A stretch of 64,000 nucleotides of DNA from Hemiscyllium ocellatum. Its lineage: Eukaryota. Positions 1 through 13,789 of this stretch are shown here, in pieces. How positions within the stretch are numbered: the stretch's first letter is position 1; each line of letters starts with the position of its first letter. Where the stretch lies: positions 19,031,966-19,095,965 of the forward strand of contig NC_083434.1 in the NCBI RefSeq assembly GCF_020745735.1. Direction: 5' to 3'. The position numbers and the translations under genes were made by a program. The notes beneath the pieces are model-generated. The model worked only from the letters and a program-made list of their open reading frames with translations. It was not told the origin of the DNA and made no database searches.

Positions 1-1835
1 TCAGAGTATTATTTGATAATACAGTTCATTGATAACCTGGTAAATATTGGAAGAGAAACAATTTACAGTGCAATGGGAAAGGAGCTGGGGAATGTGGCTA
101 AGTAGACAGCTTTACCAAAAACTCTGGACAGACATAACTGACCAATGGCCTCATCTTGTGCTGTATAATTCTTGGGATTCTATGACATGGTCCTACCTTG
201 ATGTGAAACACTAAAGGCAACATGTGATAAAAAGAGCTAAGCCAATCCAAAGCCAACATCCATAGCCCTACCACATCCATTCTATAATCATGGTAGGCAA
301 TCAGATAACTAATACAAGGAGGCTCCAAAAATGTTCCAAGCCAAACATGCATGTAAAAAAACTGCAATATGTACAATTCCTTCAGCCAAGAGTGACAAGT
401 GGATAACTCTGTTTCCCATCTGTTTCAGGTTTGCACCACTGTCAATACCAGCCAAGTCAAACACTTAAGAATCAGCTAAGTATATTGGATGCAGCAAATG
501 CTATGGGCCATGTCAACAAACCAACTTTAGTGTAGGAGATCAGTGCAACAGAATTAGATGCCTTTCCTTCAGACCAACTGTGCTGCAGCAGCCATGTAAC
601 TGCAATCTGCATCAAAACGTGAAGGGGAAAAAAAAAGGATAAATTTAATTCCAGCAACAATCGTGATTGTTTTCTCCTAATCATTGATAAAGGTTTAGGA
701 TTAAATATTGCTAACTTTACCTAATGACGATTACCTGTTCATCGATACTTCGCCCACATTGCACCAGAACAAAAGAACTCCAGACATCACAGCAGCAAAA
801 TATCAACTAACATAAAAACATTTGGCCACAAAATAGGAACAGAAGTGGACCATTTGAACCCTCAAGCCTGCTCTGCCTTTCAATAAAGTTATGGCTTATT
901 TGTTTGTGCTTCGAGTTCCATATTCTCACCTACTACCAATAATCTTGGATTACTTTGCCTAATAAGAATCTATCCAGATCTACCTTCAAAATATTCAATG
1001 AACCACCTTCATCTCCTTTTGAGGCAGAGTTCTAACGTTGTGCAATCTTCTGAGAGAAGACATTTTTTTCTCATCTGCTGAGTAAAAGAGTGACCCCAAA
1101 CTTTAAACCAGTGCCCTTTGTTTGGATTGACCCAAAAGAGGACACATCCTTTCAGTGGTCCAACCTTTTTGCTATTTATTGATCTATCCCATAGCCTAAT
1201 ACGCTAGCTCACTTCAGTCAGCTCGGTTTTCTTACCCAGTTAGATGCCGTTATTTATATTTAAAATATTACTGTAAGAACCGATCTTCTCTTTATCTTTG
1301 TCATCTTCACCAACATCATAACCCTCAGTGATATCTTTGCTCCTTTGATTCTGGCCTCATGTTCATCTCCAATTTCATTCATGGCAACACTTTCAGTTGT
1401 CTGATTCTCAAGGTCTGGAACATCCTTCCCATACTTTCTGCTGCTGTAAATTGTTTTCTCACTTGAACAAATTCTACAAAGCCTGGTGTTTTCACCAAGC
1501 TTTTTGTCATCTGTCATAATGGCTCCTTATGTGGCTAAGTGTTACACAATCTAACAAATTAGGAGTAGAAGAAGATCACTCAGCCCAATGATTCTGTTCC
1601 ACTGTTCAATAAGATCATAGCTGCCCCTGATTATACCTTCAAATCCACATTCCTGCTTACTCCTGATTACTTTGAGCCTGCTTTCTTAACAAGAATTGAT
1701 CCATCTCTACCTTAAAAATTTTCAAGGACACTGTTTCCACCACCTTTTTTTAATCAAGAGAATTCCAAAGAGACACGATTCTCAGTCAAAGAAAATTCTC
1801 CTAACCTCTGTTTTAAATTTTAGGCCGATTAGTCT

Positions 1836-2245
1836 TTGGAGTTTTGAAGAATGAGAGGAGATCTATTTGAGGTAAATAAGATGTTAAAAGGCACTGACAG
1901 AGTAGACATAGAAAGGCCATTCCCTCATGTAAGGTAATCTAAAACGAGAGTTCATAGGATGAGTGGTAGCTGGTTTCAAACAAAGATGAGAAGAAATTAC
2001 TTCTCTTAAAGGGTTGTGAATCTGTGGAGTTCACTATCCTAGACTTTGGTGACTGCTGCAACATTGATTAAATTTAAGGAGGGGTTAGATGGATTTTAAT
2101 TATTAATGAGTTAAGGGTCATGGAGAGCTGGGAGGAAAGTGAAGTTGGGTCTGTGATGAAATTAGCAATGATCGTATTAAAAGGCAGAGGAAGCACAAAA
2201 TGTTGATTTTCCTACTCCTGCGCCTAGTTCTTATATTCTTATGTT
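1836..2245 (+). mobile_element. Old CR1 3' fragment embedded in further minus-strand CR1 debris (~820-3630)
   Basis: Decayed RRMRGDL/FFS.RVV.LW coding pattern. Confidence 0.6.
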
Positions 2246-2522
2246 CTAATTTGTTAACCACTGATTTTTAATCAATGACCCCAATTCTAGATTCTTCCAT
2301 AAAAGGAAACATTATCTCTATATGCGCCCTGTTAAGACCCTTTGGGATCTTAGATGATTCAGACGTCACCTACTTTCTAAATTATAACACATGCTAGGTT
2401 GTCTGACCTTTCTTCATAAAACAAACCAATCATCACAGAGATTAGCATGGTAAATCTTTCTGAGCTACTTCCAATGCATTTAGATCCAGTCTTAAGTAAG
2501 GTGAAAAATATAGTGCATTGTG

Positions 2523-2646
2523 TTCCTGAAGAAGATTTACACCTGAAACATTGACTTCTCCACCACCTGATGCTGCCTGGTTTGCTGTGTTCTTCCAGCC
2601 TCCTGCCTGTCTACTTTAGATTCCAGCATCTGCAGTTTTTTTTGTC
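2523..2646 (+). mobile_element. Decayed solo PLE pLTR
   Basis: CCTGAAGAAG...TGAAACATTGAC...GATGCTGCCTGG...TTCCAGCATCTGCAG, homologous to the 14884 element end. Confidence 0.65.
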
Positions 2647-2860
2647 AAGAACCACAGCAATCCAGACGCAGTCTAACCAGTTGCTTGTAATATTGAAACA
2701 TAACTTCTCTAATTCTTTATTTGCCTTGTGATAAACGATAACATTCTGTTAGCTTTTCCAATTCTTTGCTGTAATTGCATAGTAACCTTTTAAGAAGTAT
2801 AGCTGAAAATGTGTTGCTGGTTAAAGCACAGCAGGTTAGGCAGCATCCAAGGAATAGGAA

Positions 2861-2896
2861 ATTCGACGTTTCGGGCATAAGCCCTTCATCAGGAAT
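2861..2896 (-). ncRNA. Hammerhead motif (PLE-A)
   Basis: AUUC-CUGAUGA-A-GGGC uuau GCCC-GAAA-C-GUC-GAAU. Confidence 0.82.
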
Positions 2897-3124
2897 GCTT
2901 CTGTGCAGAGGAGATGACCTGGGGGGTGCAGTGAGAGAGAGACTCACTGAAATCCTTGTAGAGGGAGGAAGAGAGCTTCTTCAAGGAAGGCATCCTTGCA
3001 AGAGGATTCGCAGTAGGTTAAAATCTTCGGGTAAAAAATGAGGTCTGCAGATGCTGGAGATCAGAGCTGAAAATGTGTTGCTGGTTAAAGCACAGCAGGT
3101 TAGGCAGCATCCAAGAAATAGGAA

Positions 3125-3160
3125 ATTCGACGTTTCAGGCATAAGCCCTTCATCAGGAAT
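3125..3160 (-). ncRNA. Hammerhead motif (PLE-A)
   Basis: AUUC-CUGAUGA-A-GGGC uuau GCCU-GAAA-C-GUC-GAAU. Confidence 0.78.
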
Positions 3161-3629
3161 ACTTTTAAGAAGTATAAATGAGAACACCCAGATCCCTCTG
3201 CATCTCAAAGCACTGCAATCACTTACTTTTCAGATCATATGCTTTGTTTTATTATTCCTGCCAAAATGAACACATTGCATTTTCCCACATTATTCTGCAT
3301 TCACTATATCTTTGCCCACTAATTTAACTTATGCATATCTTCCTTATGTTTTCTTCACAACTTACTTTTCTACCTCTCTTTGCCATTGTCAGCAAATTTG
3401 ACAATAGATGAATGGAATAAAGATAAGTCAATTATAAGGTATAAATGGTTGAGGTCCCAGCATATATCCCTGTGTCTCATCAGTGGTTACATCCTACCAA
3501 CCTGAAAAAGACTCAATTTCTGCTTCCTGTTAGCCAGTCTATCCTCTACCCATACCAATATGTTACATGTACACCATGAGCTTTTATTTATCACAATAAT
3601 CTTTCATGTGGCACCTTACCAAATACCAA

Positions 3630-3830
3630 CTGGGTATAATGGTTTTAAATGTTTTTGTGAAGCATTTTGGCCCTTTTATTACATTAAAGCTGCCACATAA
3701 ATGCTGTTGTTCTATGCTGTGAAATCTCTTACATTCGCCTGATGGGGCAAATATGGCTTTGCTGTAGTGTCTCATCTGAAAGACAGCACTTTTGACAGTG
3801 CACAGCACAGATTCTTTAAAAAGTGTCTAG
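3630..3830. mobile_element. DeuSINE-like relic (similar debris at ~8210-8610, 12680-13040, 16350-16560, 49100-49260)
   Basis: CTCATCTGAAAGACAGCAC..GACAGTGCA motif and GCTATATAAA-type tail. Confidence 0.45.
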
Positions 3831-6800
3831 ACAGAGGGCTGCATGATATGAATTAGTTGCCTCAGTTTACAGTCACATCTCTTCATTCTCTCTTCTTAAT
3901 TTGGCACAAAGAATTTCTCATATTTCCAACATGTATTTAAAACAAACATATACATCACTGCTCTTAACAGTCTTGCTAATACTTTATAGATCAGCAGGTA
4001 ACAGTTCCCTGTACTTACCTCTCCCTATGAACACTTTTAGCATTCATAATTGGACTATAAAATCAACATCTGGTTAACGAATATTCACAAATATCTTTTC
4101 CTCTGCAGTTAAGAAAATAAAGACCATCTATCAAGTGGTGAACTTTGATCTGCAAGGCATGCAGTAAGGAAAGCTCATAACATTTTTAGAATGTGGAATC
4201 TATAATTGATTTGAAGAATGTTTATAAAGTAGTTTAAAGAGTTTGCATCAACTGTAAAATGATCCTTTACAATTCTCTTGAATAATAAGAATATGACCTG
4301 GGTAAATCTTGGCCTCAAAGCAGTACCAACAGAAAGGAAGTTAACAAGCAAAACACAAAGCAGAGGTGAGCAGAGAGGAGAACTGAGAACAGAGTTACAA
4401 GGATCTGTGTGTATCAAATAGGAAAATTAAACAGACGACAAAGCCAAAAATAGGGTTTGAGCAGGGTTGTGAAGCTTAGAATCTTACTGCAGATGCTTTA
4501 GTTTGCTAGCGTTAATGAGATTGTTTAATGAAGTTGATTAAAAGGCATCAGATAAAGGAGTCTGGAGAATCTGTGTTTTCAAGACTTGGTAACTTGGTTA
4601 AGGTGTTTCTGCAGGAATGTACCATCTGGGTGACAACTGCTTCCAGGGACTTTAGATGCAATATGCCAGTGGTGAACGTGATCTGAAGATCAATTCAGCT
4701 GAGTGGGAAAATGAGATTCTACATACAAGAGGCTGGGTTGTACGTCTTTGTCAACTCCAATGGGGCATGATGCAGGAGCTTGTGGTTGTCTAAAATGTAT
4801 ATTTGTTATCTCAACTATTCATAGCAAAATCAACCAATTTATTTGAAGTTTAACTTGTCTGTTAACTTATATTTAAGTCACATTGGTTCTGCATTTTGTT
4901 AGAATATTAGTTGGAGATAAACTGATTAATTTAGTCAACAGCTCCTCCACCCCATCATCATGAGCCCTTTCTTTTAGATAATTAGTTATAGTCCACAGAA
5001 GACCATAGACCTTGCTGCCCTTTCCCCAGTAAATTGCTGTTTCTTGTAAACTGCTTATTGCCCATTGTTAACTGTTTGTTTGAATTTTGTACCGTTTGAT
5101 AAAATAAAAAGGCCATTGGTGTCTCACTCCTTTAGAGAGATAGAATTGGTTATAAATAGTTGGAGACGCACATTACAAAAGTGGGAAAAGTTCCCCTCCG
5201 AGTCATTAAACAACCTGACTTGGAAATATATTAGTTATTTCAGTGATATTGGGTTATGTCTAGGAACTCCCTTCTAACTAAATTGACTGCAAAAGCTCTA
5301 AAAGACAGCTCACCTCAACTTCCTAATTGGCAATTAGGGCTGAGCATTAGACGCTGGTCCTGCCTACAGTGCCCACATCCCATGAATGAATGGGAGTAAG
5401 CAAGGAGGCAGCTTTCCATGAAGAATCAGTTGACACCAATTATCACAAGGCTACAGGAATTTAGTGGTGTTTCAGGGATTGAATGAGAGTCATAGAGTTT
5501 TCATATGCCCACTGAAGGCCAGCCAATTATTCTGGTAAGTTTGCCAGCAGCCTTCCGACCTTGGAGGGTGGGGCGAGGAGGGGAGAGTGCTTTTTGTTCA
5601 GCAGTTTGTGTCTAAATGAAGGACCCAGCATCCAAAAGAAGGGAACTGTGAAAACCATTGTGACAACATTCTCTTTACAGACCATATGTCACCCTCACTT
5701 GCTGGAATCTAGGTATGTGGTGAAACTCTCTGGTGAAGTCTCTGGAGCCCAGATGTTCAGTGTACCCTGCCGCCAGCTGGTCTTTTAACTACCTGAAGTA
5801 ATCATCCCCCACGACTATGACCAAACTACATAGCTATGTGCATTATATATAGAGTTCTTGCTTATGCAGTGAAATTTAATGCTTCGGATATGGGTCCTGC
5901 TCACCAGTTGCAGAACTGCTGTGAAAACTACAGGTTTCCACGGTGATGGCCCCATTGTTTTAGGACCCAAGAGCCAGAAATCACATTTAGTGAGAACTGC
6001 CTATCAACTGGAAGCCAGCAGCTCTCCAAAATTGGCAGTGCCAGAGGGGTAGAAGGTTACTGTTGGGGTTCAGGGTTTTAGGTTTAAAAAATACTGTTGA
6101 GAGTATCGCTTTTTCAGCAAAATTAACAAGAGGAATTTCAACTACACGTAATTCCTTATTTTGGGATTATAAATAATGGAACACCACCTTAAACTTTGTC
6201 TCTTTAGTTACTGATTCACTGACCATTGAAATAAAGTTTTCACTACTTAGCTCATAAATTTCTAGCAGATCATCTCTTAGCCTCTGTTCTAAAAAGAACC
6301 ACAGATTCTTATGTCTATTCTAAGATTTCTAATTCTTAACCAGCCAGAATCATCATCATTAATATGATCTATCCCCTTTCTATGGCCCTAACATCTTTCC
6401 TACAGTTTGTATGTAAAAGTGAATACTGTACTCATATGACCTAACCAAGCATTTAGGCTTAAAATAAACTTTGCATCCCAACTTGTTTTAGTTGCAGCTC
6501 TATTAACATATCTCCTACATTTTTAAAGCGTAGGAATCTAAACCATCAGATTTCTATCTAATGCATAGTTATCTTATTTCTCCCAAAATGTACCACCTCC
6601 CATTTCTCTGCATCAAATTTCATCTACTTATTAACCTATGTCCACTCTGTATCATATACAATCTTCTCTGCAGTTAAACAGATTATTTGTCCGCAAATTT
6701 TGATGCTACGTCAAGCACCCAAATGCAGTTCACATTCAACAAATAAAAAAAGGAACAGTAAGAATGAGAGATCCAATAGTTCCAAAACATACCACTGAGG

Positions 6801-9736
6801 GTCACTTTCTTAATCTGAAATACTGCTAACCATTGGTCTGTTTTTTTAATCAACGTCCTATCCATACCAATGCTTTTCACATCATCTAATTTAATTCCAC
6901 CAAAACAAATTACCTACATGGACCTTATTAGGCATTTTGGAAAACCAATGCAAACATTTAGTTGGTCATTTGAATGTTATTCCCTCCCAGAATTTGGTGA
7001 ATTTGACTTGTTCCTATAAATTCCTAGTGGTGGTCCTTCATTGAGTTAACTCTTAAGTACTTATATCTGGAATTTACCCATTACGGACAGCAAGCCAACT
7101 GGCTTCCAGTTACTTGGCATATCCTTTCCTTTTCCATCCTTATACGCCCTCATGGCTCCATGTCACATCCCAGATTAAAGTCAGCCAAGAAAGCATGCCT
7201 CTCTACCAATACATTTGCTGAGATAGCTTATACAAAATGTAGAGGAATAATTTGTGTTACCTTTCCCCACTCTTTCCATACCCACTATTATGTAATTCTC
7301 TATCAGAACATTTTGCCTGCCATGATAGAAGCTGGAAATTCAATACAAGAAAACTATTGATGCATAAATACGCTTTGTGCCAAATCAATGAGAATGTAAT
7401 GCAAAATTAATTGAGGGGTGTAAAAGAAAATCTGGAAAAAATAGGAACAATGGAGACCTCTGTCTCCAGCTGGATCATTATATGATTTAACTCTTTGCTT
7501 CCAAGTTTTTTATTTTTCAAAAAAATTTCTCCCATTTCTCTTTGTAAACCTTTTTTGATCTTTATAATCACTAAAAATGAGTTACAGCCAGGTACATTGC
7601 AGAACAATTATTATTTTAACTGTAGAACACAAAGATGAATTTCAGCAACACAGCCTCCATTGTGGTGAAGTTACAAGAGATAGCACTAAGTGGAAGAATG
7701 TTGAATTCTTCTGTACTTCAACTTAACATCTTCTCTCTAGTCCATGGTCCACACAATCATTCAAGAAATAAGCTGCGGAAAGGCTGAAAAGATGAATCAC
7801 GTTGATCCCTTATAACAGTGCTTCAAAAATGTTTTCCCAATGTGACTTCACTTAAAGATTTGAAAGCTGTCATGATCCCACAAGTGAAGGGGGGAGGAAT
7901 TGGTGAGACTGGGGATAGGGTAAAGTGCTTAGCCTTCAGGGAGCTTGAGACATACTTTAACTGTTTTGGAACAGAAGTCAGATCATGCCCAGCATTTAAA
8001 GCAAAAAAAAGAATTCTGAAAGAAGCCACAGAGCCTTTAACATCTGTTCAGAGCATGGTGGATGCAGAGTTTAGTCTTGCAACCCCACAGAAAGTCACAG
8101 TCCATAGATTGGGCAACCTGCATTACCTGTTGATATCCTTATCTTAGTCGTCATTGACTGGGGAAGGTGTCAGGTAGAAGTCAGCTGCTAAACCACTGGG
8201 CAGCAAAAAGAAAACTTGCTGTTACACAACATCTTTCATAGCCTCCAGATTTCACAAAGCATTTTGCTAACAAAGGAATACTTAAGTTAGGTCACTGGTG
8301 CAACATAGAAAACAAATGAATCCCGTGTAAAACAAAGTCCAATGAACAGCAATATAATAAATAACCTGATCATCTGTTCTAGGTGCTAATACAGAGACGT
8401 GTATTAGCCAAATTGCAAGCAAAGTTTCCCTGCTCCTGTTTGAATTAGAACAATGTCTTTCAAATCCACCTGTGAAGGCAGAGAGATAGCACCTAGTCAT
8501 GATAATACACAGGCAGTGTTAGTCTAGATTTTCAAATCTTTGGTGCAGGTCTTGAATTCACATTTTCTTGATTTACAAACAAGTGTGATATTCACTGAGC
8601 TATGGCTTTTAAAGAAAGGGCAAAAAACCAGGGCTGGGGAAACAGACTTTCATGGAACACTGATCAATTGCTTTTTCACTTGCAGCAATGCCACAGGGAA
8701 CTCTTAAAATTCTTAACTTTCTAAAAAATCTTATATAAAATTAGCATTGACCAGATAATATTTGCACATTCAGGTAAACTTCTGAAAGTTGACTGCACTA
8801 CCTCTGCTTTATGAACTTCAATAATGATTTGATTGCAAAAATACATTCAAACATCTCACTTTCACACAGATCACAAAAAAGGATAGACTTGGTGATCTTT
8901 TATCATGCATTTAAATGAACTGAGCTTTATCATCTTTTCGGAGCCATAGAGAGCAAAACTATCTCAATTAGTCACTACTTTCTGGTATTTTGAATTCAGC
9001 ATTGATGAAGCTTTAATCATCTCTTACCGCAATGATCGCTGACTCAAAAGAAAACAAGAGTATCAGCCTTTTTTGTAAAACAGGTCACGCAAACTATTTG
9101 TATATTTTAGATTTTTATGTTAAGAACATGTTGAATCAGCCTCATTAGTAAATCCACTCCATAATCTAGACAGCCTCTAGACTACATGAAGTCCGAAAAA
9201 AAAGTAGAGAGCCTGTTTTGGTTAGAATTAATCCATTCTACCTTCAATGTCAAGACAGTTACTCAAAGCATGATTACAGAAGTTAAAAGTAACTTGAGAA
9301 AAGTTAATAGATATCAGATTAATTCAACCAACTTTACCAAGTGGAAAGAAGGCACTTTGAGGCGGCGTAATAGTAATACATGATGGATTCATAAAAAAAC
9401 GATTTAATATTAAAATGATCTCAAAGCTTTCAGAAACAGGTGCAAGAAAAGCAGACAGCAAGGAATGAAGCAAGGAATTTGTGGGGGAGGCGCATTTGTT
9501 GCCAGCTAAAAGATTTAGTTAAAGGATGGATTTCCAAAAGGCTTTTAAAAGATGAGAGGCATGGTGGAGATATGCAGAAACTTAGGGACATAAATTTTAA
9601 ATGTCTATCACCATAGATTCTTGAATTTAGCTCACTTATTTCTGCACTGCTGCACAGAACTGAGGAAAAGTACTGTTTATCTCTGTTTTTGAAACAATTG
9701 AACAAAAGACCAGATGAGCATATTGTGTAGAAAGGA

Positions 9737-9803
9737 TTTATTACAATGCACATTTCTCTAGACCATAAATTCCTGAAATATTCTGAAACATACTTCCTTT
9801 ATT
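9737..9803 (-). terminator. Candidate MRPL32 polyadenylation signals
   Basis: AATAAA on the minus strand at 9798-9803 and 9737-9742, 120-190 nt past the stop. Confidence 0.55.
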
Positions 9804-9923
9804 AACAAACAAGGGTAACACACTTGTATATTTTGAGCAACTGTGGCACATTTTAACAATGCCTGACGACATAAACAAAAAGGTCTCATTAGCTTGAATT
9901 TCCCCTCTTATATTGTGCTCACA

Positions 9924-10181
9924 TCAAGAGTCTACTGTAAACCAAGCTGGACGCTTTCGATTCCTTTCAATGATCCTTTTTCCAACATCAGCCTCTGTAG
10001 CCTTTTCTCCTGCATAAAGTATAATACTTTCTACAGGGGGAGTGTTATGTGGCCTTCCTTCCTGTGCCTGAATCTGTGCTCGTACAAGAGCTGTTTCATG
10101 TACAACCTTTTGATAGCAGAAGGCACATAGGACATGCTTCAGTTTTAAGCGCCCACAAACTTGACAGACCTCTATGTTGTT
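9924..10181 (-). CDS. MRPL32: MRPL32 (mitochondrial ribosomal protein bL32m) exon 3, terminal coding exon
   Basis: Translates NNIEVCQVCGRLKLKHVLCAFCYQKV...GKRIIERNRKRPAWFTVDS*, with the CxxC...CxxC zinc motif of bL32m. Acceptor tttcag precedes 10181; 258 nt, phase 0. Confidence 0.96.
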   Translation of the reverse strand, partial: NNIEVCQVCGRLKLKHVLCAFCYQKVVHETALVRAQIQAQEGRPHNTPPVESIILYAGEKATEADVGKRIIERNRKRPAWFTVDS

Positions 10182-10622
10182 CTGAAATGATAAGAAATTC
10201 CAAAGAGAAAATGAAAACAAAACTGAGCAAATTTGCTTCACTTTCAGGTCAGATTTAAATCTTAAAAATAAAGTTGCTGCATTATTTAAAGTAAGGCATG
10301 AGATTGTTGACAGATTGTTTACAAGTAACCAATACAAATATTTAGCACTAACAAGGATACTTCACACCACATAAACCCCAGTTATATTACAATAATGGCA
10401 GAGCGATCTAGTTGTAGAATTCACTACCATTAATATCAATCCACAACTGAGAACCTATGTCTATTCTTGTGTGATCCTCATGAAGATCAACTGCAAGCAC
10501 TTTTATGCACAGCTTTCAGACAAAGGTCATAGAGATGACTACTCACGTGCTGACTTGGTTTGAAAACTGTGCAAAGCAACACATTGTGAGAAAATGTACT
10601 TGAGCTTATTCTATGCACATAC

Positions 10623-10810
10623 CTTAACTTTTTCTAACTTCCGAATGTCCCTCCGCCTACAGCGGTTGACTTCAATCGTACGCCGTTTTTTGGGTGCCGC
10701 CATCCAGAAGATACTATCTAGGAAGCTGGGACTCTCACTCCGGTCACCATCATGGGATTCCGCTTCAGAACGAGGGAAGTTTACTGGAGACTCTATTACC
10801 AGTGCAGGAA
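10623..10810 (-). CDS. MRPL32: MRPL32 exon 2
   Basis: Translates (V)PALVIESP...[35 protein letters not shown]. Acceptor gctgttag, donor GTATGT; 188 nt, phase 1 in and phase 0 out. Confidence 0.95.
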
Positions 10811-11089
10811 CTAACAGCAAAGAAACAGGAGAAGTGAACAAACTGAATTTTATTAGCAGATGAGAAAAAACTATGCTATGGGGAAGCATCAGACAGACTT
10901 GTATCTGTACAGTGCCTTTATGCCTTCAGGACCCCAAAGAATTTTATAATCAATTAAGTACTTTTGAAATGCAATCACTTTTGTAAAGTAGGAAAATTCA
11001 GGAAGCAGCTTTTGGAGGGAAGTTGTGATGTCACTTTGGTGCATGTGGTAGAGTTTTAAGGGCATATCTGAACCCCTTGCTCCATCAGC

Positions 11090-12060
11090 CCTATTCTCAA
11101 TAAAAAGGTGACCACTTGATCTCTCACCTGATCTCATGTTAGCTGATATTGCTCATAAATTTTATCTCAAGGGTCTTCAAATCTGCTGCCACTGTTCCTC
11201 TCTTCAAATCAGCTTATAAACTACTGCCCTGTCCACATCTTCCCTTGCCTCTCAAAAGTTATTGAATGAGCTGTGGTTGCCCAAGACTGTACCTAATTGT
11301 CCACAGAACTCTATGCTTGAAGAACTTTGATCAGCTTTCCACTCTGGCACAATATCAAAATGCCTGTCAAGATCACAAATGACATCTTATGTGCTTATAT
11401 GAAAAGGATAACTTTCCCTCATTATTCTTCAGTCTGTCCACAGCCTTTGACAGGCCAACCACCTCCAATGCTTCTGCATTGTTGTCCAGATATTTGGGAC
11501 TTCTTCCTGGTTCCATTCTTATTTATCTAATCAGTCAGAGAATCGTTTTCAATGGCTTTGATTCCTGTTCCCATACTTAATTCTAGGGTCCTGCAAGGAT
11601 CTATCCTTGGCCTCGTCCAATTTCTCATTGGAATGTTATTCAAAAACACAAGGTCAGTTTGCACACGTCTGCTGATGTCATCGAACTCTACTTTACTACC
11701 ACCTTTCATGATTCTCCCACTGCTAAGTTATCAGATTGCTTGTCCAGAATTCATTACTATACAAGCCATTGCCTTCAGTCCCTGGTTAACATCTCCATGC
11801 CTTTCCCTGGGAACAGTCTGAGAAAATATTGCCCCTGCTTCAGCTCATGAGCTGAAACCCTTATTCCTACCTCCAATCCTTTGAGATCTCTTCTGTTTCT
11901 CCAATTCTAACCTCTTGTGCATTCCACATTTCCTTTGGATTGAGGCTTCAAGCATTTAACACCAGGCATTGGAATCTCTTTGTCTTCCTCAGCTCCTTTA
12001 AAACTTTGACCAAACTTTTGGTCACCAGCTCTAATTATCTCTATGAGGCTGGGGAGTCGA
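11090..12060 (+). mobile_element. Old L2-like RT fragment
   Basis: LSTAFD and VLQGSILG motif remnants. Confidence 0.55.
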
Positions 12061-13565
12061 TGCTAATCATCTTTGTTCATTTTATGGAGTTGAAGGGACA
12101 TTAAATGTAAATGAGCATTGTTGTTCACTAATCTTGACTTGCATGTATCCAGTCATCCATTTACAGCATCGATTTAATCACTTTGAAAAAGCACTAACTA
12201 AGTTTTCTTTTTAAAAATCCCCTCTAGAGGCCAGAAAAACAGGGGGACAAAGTAATAGATTTTGGAGTAAACAAAGATCATAAAAGGAACAGTTTGCTGC
12301 AAAATAACCCTGATTGCAACAGTTAGAATACACAGTGATACTATCTACAGAAACTGTACTGTGAAGTAAAATGCTGCAATGCTCTTTCTTGCTGGTATAG
12401 AAATTTGTTCTGTTTACAGAGCTCACTGAGACCCTCCAGTGGCAGTAGCCATGAATGGCGGACACATTGCACAGTCCATGAGATGCAGAATAACATCTAA
12501 ATCCATGTACCATGTATTTTTCCAAAAGGTTAAACAGAAACATTTTCTTCTCAAAACAACTTTGTGCATTTGATGCTTTGTATACACAAGTTGTGTTAAG
12601 ATGTATTTGGTTATCCACCCCATAATTGTATTATATACAATTGTCTGTGGGTCAACTATGATAACTGTTTTATCTTGAAGAATGTTATTGGTTCAAGTCT
12701 CTCTCCATAATTTATTCTGGAACCTCAATGCAGTCCTGAGAGTGTGTTGCACTCTCAGAGGTGAGATGTTTAAGACAGAATTTAAACCATGGTGGGTGAA
12801 TATGAGAGATCTTGAGATACTGTTTCAAGCAGACATACATTCCTGATGTTCTGGCCAATACTTCTCCCTCAACTGACATTGCCGAAAACACATTATCTGG
12901 TCATATCACCCTTCCATCCTGTGGGATTCTGTTTTGCTCAAATTGATCACCACACCACAGTAATAGCACTTTTGAACACCTTGTGACTGTCAATCACTTT
13001 GGAACAGTCTGCAACCATGAAACATGCTATATGAATTCAATTACAGTCATAGAGTCAGATGTACAGCACAGAAACAGACCCTTCAGTCCAACTCATCCAT
13101 GCCGACCAGATATCCTAAGCTAATCTAGTCCCATTTCCAGCACTTGGCCCATAGCCCTCTATACCCTTCCTATTCATGTACCCATCCAGATGCCTTTTAA
13201 ATGCTGCAATTGTACCAGCCTCCACCACATCCTCTGGCAGTTCATTCCATACACGTACCACCCTGTGTGTGAAAATGTTGTCCTTTAGGTCCCTTTTATA
13301 TTTTTCTCCTCTCACCCTAAACCTATGCCCTCTAGTTCTGGACTACCTAACCCCAGGGAAAAGAACTTGTCTGTTTATCTTATCCATGACCCTCATGATT
13401 TTATAAACTTCTATAAGGTCACCCCTCAGCCTCCGATGCTCCAGGGAAAACAGCCCCAGCCTCTTCAACCTCTCCCTATAGTTGAAATCCTCCAATCCTG
13501 GCAACACCCTTGTAAATCTTTTCTGAATACTTTTAAGTTTCACAACAGCCTTCCATAGGAAGGAG

Positions 13566-13789
13566 CTGAAAATGTGTTGCTGGTCAAAGCACAGCAGGCC
13601 AGGCAGCATCTCAGGAATAGAGAATTTGACGTTTCGAGCATAAGCCCTTCATCAGGATGAATTCCTGATGAAGGGCTTATGCTCGAAACGTCGAATTCTC
13701 TATTCCTGAGATGCTGCCTGGCCTGCTGTGCTTTGACCAGCAACACATTTTCAGCTGTGATCTCCAGCATCTACAGACCTCATTTTTTA
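13566..13789. mobile_element. Fold-back PLE-A mini-element (inverted pLTR pair) inserted in a CR1 fragment
   Basis: 94-bp arms 13564-13657 and 13663-13756, one mismatch seen; TSD CTTCCATAGGAAGGAG at 13550-13565 and 13790-13805. Confidence 0.9.
13659..13698 (+). ncRNA. Hammerhead motif (PLE-A) with 6-bp stem I
   Basis: GAAUUC-CUGAUGA-A-GGGC uuau GCUC-GAAA-C-GUC-GAAUUC. Confidence 0.82.

Larger units (their letters stand above)
2802..3161 (-). mobile_element. Short PLE-A derivative: direct tandem pLTR-spacer-pLTR with two hammerheads
   Basis: Direct repeat 2801-2896 / 3065-3160; 15-bp TSD CTTTTAAGAAGTATA at 2787-2801 and 3162-3176. Confidence 0.88.

Noticed and set aside
2717-3269. Several short ORFs with repeated peptides (IPDEGLMPETS, ENVLLVKAQQ)
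   Set aside because: Translations of the non-coding pLTR/hammerhead sequence; the same peptides recur at 13.5 and 58.2 kb.
7818-8147. 109-aa ORF preceded by a possible acceptor
   Set aside because: No recognisable domain, non-ATG start, no partner exons.
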